Assembly: GCA_965222605.1 (NCBI GenBank)
Contig: OZ244960.1
Coordinates: 4,192,001-4,256,000, forward strand
Length of the DNA: 64,000 nucleotides
Reading direction: 5' to 3'
Origin: Candidatus Latescibacterota bacterium
GTDB taxonomy: Bacteria > Latescibacterota > UBA2968
Shown: positions 19,475 to 28,677 of the stretch, piece by piece
Layout: each line of letters begins with the position of its first letter
Numbering within the stretch: the first letter of the stretch is position 1
The notes under the pieces: model-generated
What the model was told of the DNA's origin: nothing
Seen by the model: the letters and a program-made list of their open reading frames with translations, nothing else
Database searches by the model: none
Position numbers and translations under genes: made by a program

Positions 19475-20338
19475 ATGATTCGACTTCCCGAAAATATCAA
19501 AGTAGTGCTTTTCCGTTTTTGCACGCGTTTTCAGCACTGGCTCAGAGCGGCTTTGCGTCGCGTGCGGTATCTGCGTTCGTTGGTGGTGACGCTGATTCTG
19601 GTAGCCCTGATCGGTGGAGGTGTTGCCTGGAGCGAATACCGCACCAATTGGTTTGCCCGACGCCTGGGGGCATTTTTACTTTCGACCAATGCTCTGCGTC
19701 CTGAAAGCGGTGCGCTCTGGAAAGATATTCAAGCACAGGTGAGAACTCAGCAAGCCATTGATATAGCCGATCCTTTGCCTATGCCTCGAACGGGTTTGTC
19801 CAATGCTGTTACAAGTAGTCGTTTTGAAGGTTCGCGCGTGCCCGAAACGGGTGTTCCAGGCTATGTCGCTATTTACAAGATACATTTGCCCGGCGTTGAT
19901 CTCAATACCAGACCGCTCGGCGATGTGATCGCCAGTTTGCGCGTTTACCATCAGGGGCTTGCGATTGTCAAAGCATTGCATCTGCCAGATGTGTATTTCC
20001 ACGCCGAGGTGCGCAAACAGATCGATCACCTCTACGCCCAGGTGGGCGATATTGAGACTGTCGCACCGGATAGCACGGCTTGGGCCGATAGCCTGGGGGT
20101 GGTGGATCCCGATTCGCTCAAGGCTGCTGTTTTTTTGGAATTTGCCACCGCTGTTATTCCCGATTTGAGACAGCGCAAAAAAGATGCTCTGATCGATGCT
20201 TATGAAAATGGAGAGATCGCGCAAATTTTTTTGTACCGCGATCTCGGGCGTTTTCGCGGTGAACTTTTCCGCGAGGGAAGTCAGGTTCCTGTTGTCTTTG
20301 AAATTGAGGCCAGTGCTGTTTCTGAAATTGTGGAGTAA
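19475..20338 (+). CDS. hypothetical membrane-anchored protein upstream of PBP1A
   Basis: Basic N-terminus, one TM helix (LVVTLILVALIGGGVAW), ends 11 nt before the PBP start. Confidence 0.6.
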   Translation: MIRLPENIKVVLFRFCTRFQHWLRAALRRVRYLRSLVVTLILVALIGGGVAWSEYRTNWFARRLGAFLLSTNALRPESGALWKDIQAQVRTQQAIDIADPLPMPRTGLSNAVTSSRFEGSRVPETGVPGYVAIYKIHLPGVDLNTRPLGDVIASLRVYHQGLAIVKALHLPDVYFHAEVRKQIDHLYAQVGDIETVAPDSTAWADSLGVVDPDSLKAAVFLEFATAVIPDLRQRKKDALIDAYENGEIAQIFLYRDLGRFRGELFREGSQVPVVFEIEASAVSEIVE

Positions 20339-20349
20339 TTGTACACCTT

Positions 20350-22428
20350 ATGAATTTAATCTCACATCGCGGCTTCTTTCTCGCACTTTTGCTCATTGCC
20401 GATGTTTTGCTCATTGTATTGGGCGCGGCATGCTGGCTTGTGATTACTTTGCCGAGGCTGCCCGACGATCCAAATAGCTTATTGGCGGAGTCCGGGATCA
20501 ATATTTACGCAGCTTCTGGGGAGTTGCTCTATACTGTTAATCAGCGCGTTGGTCGCGTTGGGCTCGACGAGGTGCATCCGCATTTTATCCAGGCTGTGCT
20601 GGCTATTGAAGATGCGGATTTTTATCATCACCGCGGGTATAGTATTAAAGGCATGATCGGTGCTTTTTTTAATAATATTCGAGACTGGGGCAGGGTGCGG
20701 GGAGGGAGCACGCTCACGCAGCAGATTGTAAAAAATATCTTTCTCACGCGAGAAAAATTTTATGTGCGAAAATTAAAAGAAGTACTTCTCGCAACGCAAC
20801 TCGAAGCCCTTTTTGAACGCCACTATGGTGCGGGCTATAAAGACCGGTTGCTCGAGATTTATATTAATGGCAGTTTCTACGGTGCCAATGCTTATGGTAT
20901 TGCCGATGCAGCGCAGACCTATTTTGGCAAGGGTGCCGCGGAACTCATGCTTCTCGAATCTGCTATACTTGCCGGGCTTCCCAATGCGCCGAGTGTGCTC
21001 AATCCTTTTCGCAAAGACCAATCTCGCGTTCTGGCGCGTGCTATGCTCGTCTTAAACCGCATGCAGGCATTGGGTTTTATTAGCGCAGAAGAAGTCCAAA
21101 ATGCACTGGCATCGGAATTGCAACTCGTCTCTGAACGTATGCCTCAAAATCGAACCCCATATTTTGTCGAGACTGTTAAAGCCGAGGTTACACGCCTGTG
21201 GGGTGCTTCGGCGCTGAGTTTTGGCGGGTTGAATATTTATACGACGCTCGATTTGTCCATGCAACAGGCTGCGGAACGAGCCGTAGTTAGAGGTTTAGCC
21301 GATCTGGATGTGCGTTTGGGATTTTCAGACTATGGCAGTGCGTCATCTGATCAACGCGCCAATTATGTTCAGGGCGCGTTGATCTGCTTAGACCCGCGCA
21401 CCGGACATGTCAAAGCTATGGTGGGTGGGCGCGATATTTTTATTAGCTATTACAACCGCGCCACTCAAGCGCGTCGTCAACCGGGTTCGGGTTTTAAACC
21501 TTTTGTATATCTGGCGGCTTTTGAAAGCGGTGCCGTATCGCCGGTTTCTCTTTTTTACGACGAGCCGCGCACCTATCGCGTGAACGATGAAGACTGGACG
21601 CCCAAAAATTTTGCAGATAAATATCTGGGGCTTACCACTGCCGCGAATGCACTGGTCAAATCGGCAAATGCGACGAGTGTGCAAATTGCCATGGAAATAG
21701 GTCCCGATCGCATTGTCGATCTGGCTCAGCGTCTGGGTGTTCAGAGCCAGCTCAAACCGTTTCCCAGTATTGCCCTGGGCGCGCAGGAAGTCACTTTGCT
21801 CGATATGGCTGTTGCTTATGGCGCGATTGCCAGTTATGGATTTCGCGTGATGCCGACATTTATCACAAGGATTGAGGATACCACAGGGCAACCGCACTAT
21901 GTGCATCGGCCAAATCCCATGCTTGTTATCGATCCCGAACAGGCGGTGATTATGGTCAATTTGATGCAGCATGTTGTCAACCGCGGCACGGGTCGCGCGA
22001 TTCGCGCGTTTGGGTTTCAGGGTGCTGCTGCGGGGAAAACTGGTACTACAAATGACAATACAGATGCCTGGTTCACGGGTTTTACGCCCAGTCTAGTCGC
22101 CAGTGTGTGGATTGGGTTTGACAACCGCGAGGGCCGCCGTCGGCTGGTCGAGAGAAGGAGCGGACGCCAGATTACCGGCGGCAGTGGCGCGGCACCGATA
22201 TGGGCTGCGTTTATGAAGAGCATCGATAAACCATCGCAGGACTTTATCACGCCTACAGGCGTTGCCGCGCATACTGTGAATTTGCGGAGCGGTATTGCCG
22301 ATACTTCTGATGGGGCTGTCACCCTCGTCCTGCCCGAAGGCGTTGCGCCCAATATGCCGGCGGATACATTGAGGTTTTTGCGGTCGGAGAGAGAAGCAAC
22401 CCTCCAGTCCCCGGTCACCAGCCCGTAG
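20350..22428 (+). CDS. class A penicillin-binding protein (PBP1A family, transglycosylase + transpeptidase)
   Basis: EDADFYHHRG, GGSTLTQQ, RKLKE transglycosylase motifs; SGFK (SxxK), SAN (SxN), KTGT transpeptidase motifs. Confidence 0.92.
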   Translation: MNLISHRGFFLALLLIADVLLIVLGAACWLVITLPRLPDDPNSLLAESGINIYAASGELLYTVNQRVGRVGLDEVHPHFIQAVLAIEDADFYHHRGYSIKGMIGAFFNNIRDWGRVRGGSTLTQQIVKNIFLTREKFYVRKLKEVLLATQLEALFERHYGAGYKDRLLEIYINGSFYGANAYGIADAAQTYFGKGAAELMLLESAILAGLPNAPSVLNPFRKDQSRVLARAMLVLNRMQALGFISAEEVQNALASELQLVSERMPQNRTPYFVETVKAEVTRLWGASALSFGGLNIYTTLDLSMQQAAERAVVRGLADLDVRLGFSDYGSASSDQRANYVQGALICLDPRTGHVKAMVGGRDIFISYYNRATQARRQPGSGFKPFVYLAAFESGAVSPVSLFYDEPRTYRVNDEDWTPKNFADKYLGLTTAANALVKSANATSVQIAMEIGPDRIVDLAQRLGVQSQLKPFPSIALGAQEVTLLDMAVAYGAIASYGFRVMPTFITRIEDTTGQPHYVHRPNPMLVIDPEQAVIMVNLMQHVVNRGTGRAIRAFGFQGAAAGKTGTTNDNTDAWFTGFTPSLVASVWIGFDNREGRRRLVERRSGRQITGGSGAAPIWAAFMKSIDKPSQDFITPTGVAAHTVNLRSGIADTSDGAVTLVLPEGVAPNMPADTLRFLRSEREATLQSPVTSP

Positions 22429-22476
22429 TGGTCTTTCAAATAAGTTTCTTCCCTTACTCACTCCTATCAACAGAGC

Positions 22477-22509
22477 CGTCATCGCGGCATGGTTTTAGCC
22501 GCGATCCAG
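22477..22509. repeat. CGTC-type REP-like palindrome (third copy)
   Basis: CGTCATCGCGGCATGGTTTTAGCCGCGATCCAG, one mismatch to 19076-19108. Confidence 0.75.
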
Positions 22510-22663
22510 TCTACCGTGGTTCATTCTATCAAATAAGATAGCAAATTTTTTCACGGACCACTTCGCCCCTCTTTGTACCCCGCTGACGATTCCGTAAGAA
22601 GTGTTGCGCGTTATGGGGTGGGTCAAAAATGCTTGCTAATCGCGCCCCCAAATATATCTTATA

Positions 22664-22699
22664 TGCAATCGTATGTGCAATCGTATGTGCAATCGTATG
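22664..22699 (+). repeat. 12-bp tandem repeat (TGCAATCGTATG)x3 in the leader of the FGE-domain gene
   Basis: Three exact copies ending 30 nt before the ATG at 22730. Confidence 0.85.
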
Positions 22700-22729
22700 T
22701 GTATTTTTTTCCTGTAAAGGGATATAAAA

Positions 22730-25018
22730 ATGAAATTCAAGAGAAAATCCGTTGTTGGATTGTTGGTGGCGATGGGGATTGTTTTCGCAGGGATTGGTTT
22801 TGTTTATGCCCAAACCGCAGCGGATGCGGATTATGATGGCGATGGCATAGTTGGGGTTGAAGATTTCTTGTTGTTTATCGCTAAATTTGGGACCAGTCAG
22901 GGCGATGGGAAATACGAGGCAAAGTACGATCTGGATGGTGATGGACAGGTGAATGTGGCAGACTTTTTGGTGTTCGTTGGGTTTTTTGGTCAAAGAATTG
23001 GTCCTAATCTACCGCCAGTGGCATTAGCAGGGGAAGACCAAAGCGTAGATAAACGCGAAACCATCACATTGGATGGGAGTAATAGCAGCGACCCCGAAGG
23101 ACGACCGTTGTCCTTTACTTGGCGACAAATCGAAGGTACACAAGTCGCCCTATCCGATCCTGAAATCGCCCGTCCAACATTTAGCACACTTGACCCCGGT
23201 AATTATGCGTTTGAGTTGGTGGTGCATGACGGGGCTACTGCCAGCGTGCCTGATACGGTTGTCGTTGAAATAGTATCCATTGCAGACGTGGCGGTAAAGG
23301 TGGGAAGTCCTGACGCTGCGTTTATGTATAAAGAGACGACGGGCAATCAGATGACCTTTGCGCTGCAAGGCACTGCGCCACCGGTGCAAGTTGGCGAGGT
23401 CATGGTCAATACGGTTGAACCCTATTTCTTAAAAAAAGTGACTCAGGTGGTTAGCCGGGACGCAAACGAACTGGTTGTCGAGACCGAAGACGCTGCGCTG
23501 ACTGATGTCATAGAAACAGCGTCAATCCGCCGTACCTTTCGTTTTCCTGCGACAAAACTTGCTCTGGCAAGTCCAATACCCATTACCCTGCATACAGATG
23601 CTTCTGCAACGCTGCGTGTAACGACTTGCGATATTTCGTTTTCGCCAGAGTATGAGATTAAGGCGGACATAGATGGTTTCAAATTGAAGTCTTTTAAGGC
23701 AGGGATAAAAGGCGATCTTGTTGCCACATTGGGCATAGGGTTGGAAGCGCAACAGGCATTTAGCCAGAACGCTGAAAAAGATGTGGCGGTAAAGACCTTT
23801 ACGACGCTGTTCTGGATTGGCCCTGTTCCTGTTCCCGTCATTGTGCGGGCAGCATTTGGGGTCGGTGCGACTTTTAGTGCCGAAGTTGCGGGCAGCATCA
23901 CCGCGGGCATTACACTGACGAAGCCCGTAGAGATAGGCACAGAATACAAAGGCGGCGCATGGCAAGAACAGACGGGCGGTGCTGAAGGAACTTACCAGGC
24001 ACTGGGCCCCACGGTAGATATACGAGGGGCGGCTGCGATTCGCGGCTATGTGCGTGGGCAATTGGATGTGAAGGTATTAGGCGTGGCAGGGCCTTATTTT
24101 GGCGTAAAGCCTTATTTCGGGTTTGTTGCAAAAACAAATCAAGAAAAGAAACAGATCGACTGGACGTTACATGCCGGTGCTGATGGATATGTGGGGGTAA
24201 AAGCTACTCTTTTCGATAAAATAGACGTGGCTGAACGTGTTGCCGACAAATCTTGGGACTTCAACCTCTTTATGGCTCTTTTGAAAGAAGGGTTTATTCC
24301 GTTGGACGAGATAGAAATGGTATGGATAGAGCCGGGAACATTTCAGATGGGAACGCCTTTATCGCAAGGGGTTTCTTTTTCGGAAAATGAGAGACCAGTA
24401 CACGAGGTGACGATCAGCCAGGGATTCTACATAGGGAAGTATGAGGTGACGCAGGGGCAGTGGGAGCGTGTGATGGGTACGCGCCCTTGGCAAGGTGAGG
24501 TTTATGTGCGTTCTGGCTCGAGTTATCCTGCGGTGTATGTATCGTGGGAGGATGCTCAGGAATTTATCCGTCGTTTGAATGCGTCGTTGAATTCGGATGT
24601 ATATCGTTTGCCAACAGAGGCAGAGTGGGAGTATGTGTGTCGGGCTGGGACAACGACGCGTTGGTCTTTTGGTGATGATGAGAGCCAATTGGGGCATTAT
24701 GCGTGGTATTATGATAATGCGTGGGATGTGGGAGAGAGGTATGGTCATCGCGTAGGAACAAAGCGAGCGAATCCCTGGGGCTTGTATGACATGCATGGCA
24801 ATGTGTGGGAGTGGGTGCAGGATTGGTATGGTAGTACTTATTATAGTTCTTCTCCATCGGTGGATCCGGCTGGTCCGTCGTCAGGCTCGCATCGCGTTCT
24901 CCGGGGCGGCGCCTTCGGCCACGGCGCCCAGGATGTGCGGTCGGCGGCTCGCCATCGCCATTCGCCCAGCGCCCACTACGGCGGCTTTGGGTTTCGACTT
25001 CTGAGACAGGTCCCGTAG
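22730..25018 (+). CDS. secreted multidomain protein: dockerin/EF-hand-like + PKD/K319-like + beta-rich domain + C-terminal FGE-sulfatase (SUMF1, C-type lectin fold) domain; candidate DGR target
   Basis: Signal peptide; DYDGDGIVGVEDFL..YDLDGDGQVNVADFL; PPVALAGEDQ..LDGSNSSDPEG; FQMG..ERPVHEV..YEVTQGQW..RLPTEAEWEY..NPWGLYDMHGNVWEW..RVLRGG..RSAAR..GFR. Confidence 0.85.
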   Translation: MKFKRKSVVGLLVAMGIVFAGIGFVYAQTAADADYDGDGIVGVEDFLLFIAKFGTSQGDGKYEAKYDLDGDGQVNVADFLVFVGFFGQRIGPNLPPVALAGEDQSVDKRETITLDGSNSSDPEGRPLSFTWRQIEGTQVALSDPEIARPTFSTLDPGNYAFELVVHDGATASVPDTVVVEIVSIADVAVKVGSPDAAFMYKETTGNQMTFALQGTAPPVQVGEVMVNTVEPYFLKKVTQVVSRDANELVVETEDAALTDVIETASIRRTFRFPATKLALASPIPITLHTDASATLRVTTCDISFSPEYEIKADIDGFKLKSFKAGIKGDLVATLGIGLEAQQAFSQNAEKDVAVKTFTTLFWIGPVPVPVIVRAAFGVGATFSAEVAGSITAGITLTKPVEIGTEYKGGAWQEQTGGAEGTYQALGPTVDIRGAAAIRGYVRGQLDVKVLGVAGPYFGVKPYFGFVAKTNQEKKQIDWTLHAGADGYVGVKATLFDKIDVAERVADKSWDFNLFMALLKEGFIPLDEIEMVWIEPGTFQMGTPLSQGVSFSENERPVHEVTISQGFYIGKYEVTQGQWERVMGTRPWQGEVYVRSGSSYPAVYVSWEDAQEFIRRLNASLNSDVYRLPTEAEWEYVCRAGTTTRWSFGDDESQLGHYAWYYDNAWDVGERYGHRVGTKRANPWGLYDMHGNVWEWVQDWYGSTYYSSSPSVDPAGPSSGSHRVLRGGAFGHGAQDVRSAARHRHSPSAHYGGFGFRLLRQVP

Positions 25019-25024
25019 CTCTTT

Positions 25025-25871
25025 TCTTTTTTACGACGAGCCGCGCACCTATCGCGTGAACGATGAAGACTGGACGCCTAAAAATTTTGCAGATAAATAT
25101 CTGGGGCTTACGACTGCGGCGAATGCACTGGTCAAATCGGCGAATGCGACGAGTGTGCAAATTGCCATGGAAATAGGTCCCGATCGCATTGTCGATCTGG
25201 CTCAGCGCCTGGGCATTCAGAGCCAACTCAGACCGTTTCCCAGTATTGCCTTGGGCGCGCAGGAAGTCACTTTGCTCGATATGGCCGTTGCTTATGGCGC
25301 GATTGCCAGTTATGGATTTCGCGTGATGCCGACATTTATCACAAGGATTGAGGATACCACAGGGCAACCGCACTATGTGCATCGGCCAAATCCCATGCTT
25401 GTTATCGATCCCGAACAGGCGGTGATTATGGTCAATTTGATGCAGCATGTTGTCAACCGCGGCACGGGTCGCGCGATTCGCGCGTTTGGGTTTCAGGGTG
25501 CTGCTGCGGGGAAAACTGGTACTACAAATGACAATACAGATGCCTGGTTCACGGGTTTTACACCCGATCTGGTTGCCAGTGTGTGGATTGGGTTTGACAA
25601 CCGCGAGGGCCGCCGGCGGCTGATCGAGAAAAGGAGCAGACGCCAGATTACCGGCGGTAGTGGCGCGGCACCGATATGGGCGGCGTTTATGAAGAGCATC
25701 GATAAACCATCGCATGACTTTATCACGCCTACAGGCGTTGCCGCGCATACTGTGATTTTGCGGAGTGGTATTGCCGATACTTCTGATGGGGCTGTCACCC
25801 TCTTTCTGCCCGAAGGTGTTGCGCCCAATACGCCGGCGGATACATTGAGGTTTTTTAGATCGAAAAGGTAA
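25025..25871 (+). pseudogene. diverged duplicate of the PBP1A 3' half (truncated transpeptidase fragment)
   Basis: Ungapped copy of 21549-~22390 (offset 3476). It starts 6 nt after the FGE-gene stop and lacks the SxxK serine, the TM helix and the transglycosylase domain. Scattered, mostly synonymous differences; different C-terminus (RFFRSKR*). Confidence 0.88.
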
Positions 25872-25896
25872 CGCAAGTTGCGCGGAGAATCACATT

Positions 25897-26679
25897 ATGA
25901 AACGCCTGCCATTTTTAGCTGCTATCATTTCTATACTGTGTCTCACAACCGCCCAGGCCCAATTGCCCGAAGGGATAAAAGCATGCCTCGGCCTTGGCCG
26001 TGTATTTGATATCGCGTATTCGCCAGATGGTACCTGGCTCGCAGTAGCAGGTGAAGCCGGTATTGGGCTATATGATGCACGGACCGGTGCCATAATCCAC
26101 TTACTGACAGGCACAGGGCATACAGGTAGTGTCATTTCCGTGTCTTTTTCTCCTGATGGGACCACCCTCGCCAGTGGAACTAATGGGATTTATAGTGGAG
26201 AGTCGTATGGAGCCGTTCTGTTGTGGGATGTGAACACAGGACAACTCAAAGCACCTCCAGTGTATGGAAGTGTTGTCCTTTCTGTGTCTTTTTCCCCTGA
26301 TGGGAGCACCCTCGCTTGGGGGGGTGAGAATATTAAGTTGTGGGATGTGAACACAGGCCAACTCAAAACAACACTCAAAGGACATGCAAGTAGTGTCCGT
26401 TCCGTATCTTTTTCGCCCGATGGTAGCATTCTTGCCAGTGGGAGTGATGATAAAACCATTCTGCTGTGGGATGTTTCGCCTGTCCCCACTCCCTATCCGG
26501 GTGATTTCGATGACGACCTCAATGTTGACTTTGCCGATTTTCTCGCCTTTGTAGGCGTTTTTGGCCTGTCTTCATCAGATGCCAATTACGATGCCCGTAT
26601 GGATATGAATGGGGATGGTATCATTAATTTTTCCGATTTTCTCATCTTTACCATCATTTTTCGTACAAAATATTCATAA
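25897..26679 (+). CDS. secreted WD40-repeat protein with C-terminal dockerin/EF-hand-like domain
   Basis: Signal peptide; repeats GHTGSVISVSFSPDGTTLASG..LWD; C-terminal GDFDDDLNVDFADFL..MDMNGDGIINFSDFL. Confidence 0.85.
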   Translation: MKRLPFLAAIISILCLTTAQAQLPEGIKACLGLGRVFDIAYSPDGTWLAVAGEAGIGLYDARTGAIIHLLTGTGHTGSVISVSFSPDGTTLASGTNGIYSGESYGAVLLWDVNTGQLKAPPVYGSVVLSVSFSPDGSTLAWGGENIKLWDVNTGQLKTTLKGHASSVRSVSFSPDGSILASGSDDKTILLWDVSPVPTPYPGDFDDDLNVDFADFLAFVGVFGLSSSDANYDARMDMNGDGIINFSDFLIFTIIFRTKYS

Positions 26680-26705
26680 GCTACAACAGCTTAAACGGAT
26701 GTTAA

Positions 26706-26887
26706 GCAGTATCGCACTGTTGTTCACAACTTGAATTTTAGAATCACCTTTTGACGTGACAGACGCTGGTATAATCCCTACATTTATTTCGCTGACCAGA
26801 GAATCGCGATCTAACGCGGGTTATGGTCCCGGGAACCATCCAAGACATGAAGAACGCAACTATTTACTGACGTGGGAGAAAGGTTAG
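26706..26887 (+). pseudogene. internally deleted relic copy of the metallophosphoesterase locus
   Basis: 26706-26754 aligns ungapped with 28831-28879 (upstream region). 26749-26880 aligns ungapped with 29859-29990 (gene 3' end: FDVTDAGIIPTFISLT..WEK vs FDVTDAGITPTFIPLT..WEK). The two parts are joined at TTTTGA. Confidence 0.8.
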
Positions 26888-26928
26888 GAACTTGGGATTG
26901 GATGCGACGAAAAAAGAGGAGAAGCAAG

Positions 26929-27099
26929 ATGAACCATTCGCGCGGACTCGACCCTGTTATCGAGGTGTACAAAAAGGACGTTGATCGAACACTTATTCGC
27001 AGAAATCTCAGACTTTCTCATGAGGAACGGCTGCAAAATGCGATGGAGCTTCAACGCTTTGCACAGGAGTTGCGAAAAGCCGGGCGTCGGAAACAATGA
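26929..27099 (+). CDS. small hypothetical protein, partner of the downstream nucleotidyltransferase
   Basis: GAGGAG RBS; MNHSRGLDPVIEVYKKDVDRTLIRRNLRLSHEERL; ATGA overlap with the next gene. Confidence 0.65.
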   Translation: MNHSRGLDPVIEVYKKDVDRTLIRRNLRLSHEERLQNAMELQRFAQELRKAGRRKQ

Positions 27100-27581
27100 C
27101 AGATTTTACCAAGATCCTGCAATTATTGTCTGACCACAGTGTTGAATTTATCATCATCGGTGGGGCAGCAGCTATTGTTCATGGCAGCAGTCGTTTGACA
27201 CAAGACCTTGACGTGGTGTACCGAAGAACTCGTGAGAATATCACACGTCTTTCCAATGCATTGGAGAAACAAAATCCTTATCTGCGTGGCGCACCACCAG
27301 GACTTCCTTTTCATTGGTCAGAAGATACCATTCGAATGGGGCTAAATTTTACTTTGCAAACGGATCTTGGAGATCTTGATTTACTCGGTGAGGTGACAGG
27401 TGGTGGGAAATACGAAGACCTTTTGGATCACACATTTGAGATTGAGGTTTTCGGTGTTCACTGTTTATGTCTCGATCTGGAAACTTTGATCCATGTTAAG
27501 CGAGCGGCAGGCAGACCCAAAGATCTCGAAACAATTTCAGAACTTGAAGCTATTCGAGAAGAGCAACAAAATGCGGAGTGA
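27096..27581 (+). CDS. nucleotidyltransferase (DUF6036 / AbiEii-like fold)
   Basis: IIIGGAAAIVHGSSRLTQDLDV and KRAAGRPKDL motifs. Confidence 0.75.
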   Translation: MTDFTKILQLLSDHSVEFIIIGGAAAIVHGSSRLTQDLDVVYRRTRENITRLSNALEKQNPYLRGAPPGLPFHWSEDTIRMGLNFTLQTDLGDLDLLGEVTGGGKYEDLLDHTFEIEVFGVHCLCLDLETLIHVKRAAGRPKDLETISELEAIREEQQNAE

Positions 27582-27635
27582 TTTTCATGCTCGTTTGACA
27601 CATTTGGGTCAAACAGGCTTGCCAATAGCACTCAA

Positions 27636-27672
27636 AAAAGTGCCCTGGCATAGTTGATGCCGGGGCACTTTT
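27636..27672. terminator. bidirectional intrinsic terminator
   Basis: AAAAGTGCCCTGGCAT-AGTTG-ATGCCGGGGCACTTTT hairpin between convergent genes. Confidence 0.7.
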
Positions 27673-27744
27673 ATTAAATTGGGTCAGATTGCGTATCGAA
27701 TGTTCCGCAGTGTCGCTTCTCTCGTCCCGCATTGGGAGATCGCG

Positions 27745-28677
27745 TCACTCATCTAACATATCCCGAAATGCCTCCAGACTGGACACCTGGACCGCCGCAC
27801 GGTGCAACTGCTTGAGATGTTGCAAATCTTCGATAGCCGCAATGCGAGCAGATAGGGGGTCTGATTCATCCAGATCAAATCGAATCTCCAACACGTCGAG
27901 GAGACCTGCGAGCGTGCTTCGTCTTTCCCCTTGTTTAATCCATTGTTCTTTGTTTTCCTCAATCTCTTGCTCAATGAGGTATTGGGCAAAAGATGATTCG
28001 CGGATGAGATCCATCAACCCCTCCTTTGAAATAAGGTCAGCAATCATTTCTCGATCATGCACCAACCCGCCCAAAACCGACAGACCGGCAAGAAAATCGC
28101 CCTTGGCAGACTCATCCAGCGGCAGGTCTGTCGCCCTGTCAACACACGCACCAAACCACGCCTCAGAACCCATCCCTTCAGGCGGCTTCATCAATGATGC
28201 AAATGGTATCAAGCCCGAATGGCCCGTATCAAGGACGCGCTGCCCTTCTACCTCAGTCAGCCTGATCACCTTGTACTGGATAACGATCTGGCAGCCAAAG
28301 CGCGCTTGAATGTAGTGCCCTGGATCGTTCTGCCCCGCATCGGGACGCAAGTAAATGACAGTGGAATGGATGGGCAGATCATAATGCTCAATGGCGCGAC
28401 CAATATAGCCGGCCATGCGGCGCGGCATAGGTGGGTTGGTGCTGTCGGTGGTTTGAAATTACTTCGTTGTAGGCTACGCCTGTGCATAGTGTAGCAACAC
28501 TTTTTCTTTCGCGATCCGCGCACTGATCAAGCTGTCCGTTCGGTGTGTCTCGATGGTGGGTTGCTCTGTGTCGAGAATATCGAGAAATTCGACATCGTCC
28601 CGTTCAAGGGTGAAGCGTATGAAATCATGTGGATAGGTTTGGATGAGATGCTTGGAAAAGGTATCGTATTTTCCCAT
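27745..28677 (-). pseudogene. Rpn/YhgA-like (PD-(D/E)XK) recombination-promoting nuclease, interrupted by in-frame stops
   Basis: MGKYDTFSKHLI..RTDSL..VLLHY and FQTTDSTNPPMPRRMAGY..VIYL..Y.VIRL.E are in one frame (933 nt), separated by a 24-nt segment containing TAG and TAA. Confidence 0.75.

Noticed and set aside
22664-22699. CRISPR array
   Set aside because: The 12-bp units are contiguous with no spacers, and there are no cas genes. No repeat-spacer pattern was seen anywhere in the window.
22730-25018. True formylglycine-generating enzyme maturing the sulfatase at 39.5 kb
   Set aside because: The catalytic Cys pair of FGE (in the RGGS..C....C segment) is absent; this is the non-catalytic lectin-like FGE fold.
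25056-25871. Independent functional monofunctional transpeptidase (271-aa ORF)
   Set aside because: It begins downstream of the catalytic SxxK, has no signal or TM segment and no clear RBS; it is a duplicate fragment.
28459-28486. Pyrrolysine or stop-codon readthrough in the Rpn gene
   Set aside because: The TAG is followed five codons later by TAA, and both arise from an insert that splits the catalytic Glu codon.
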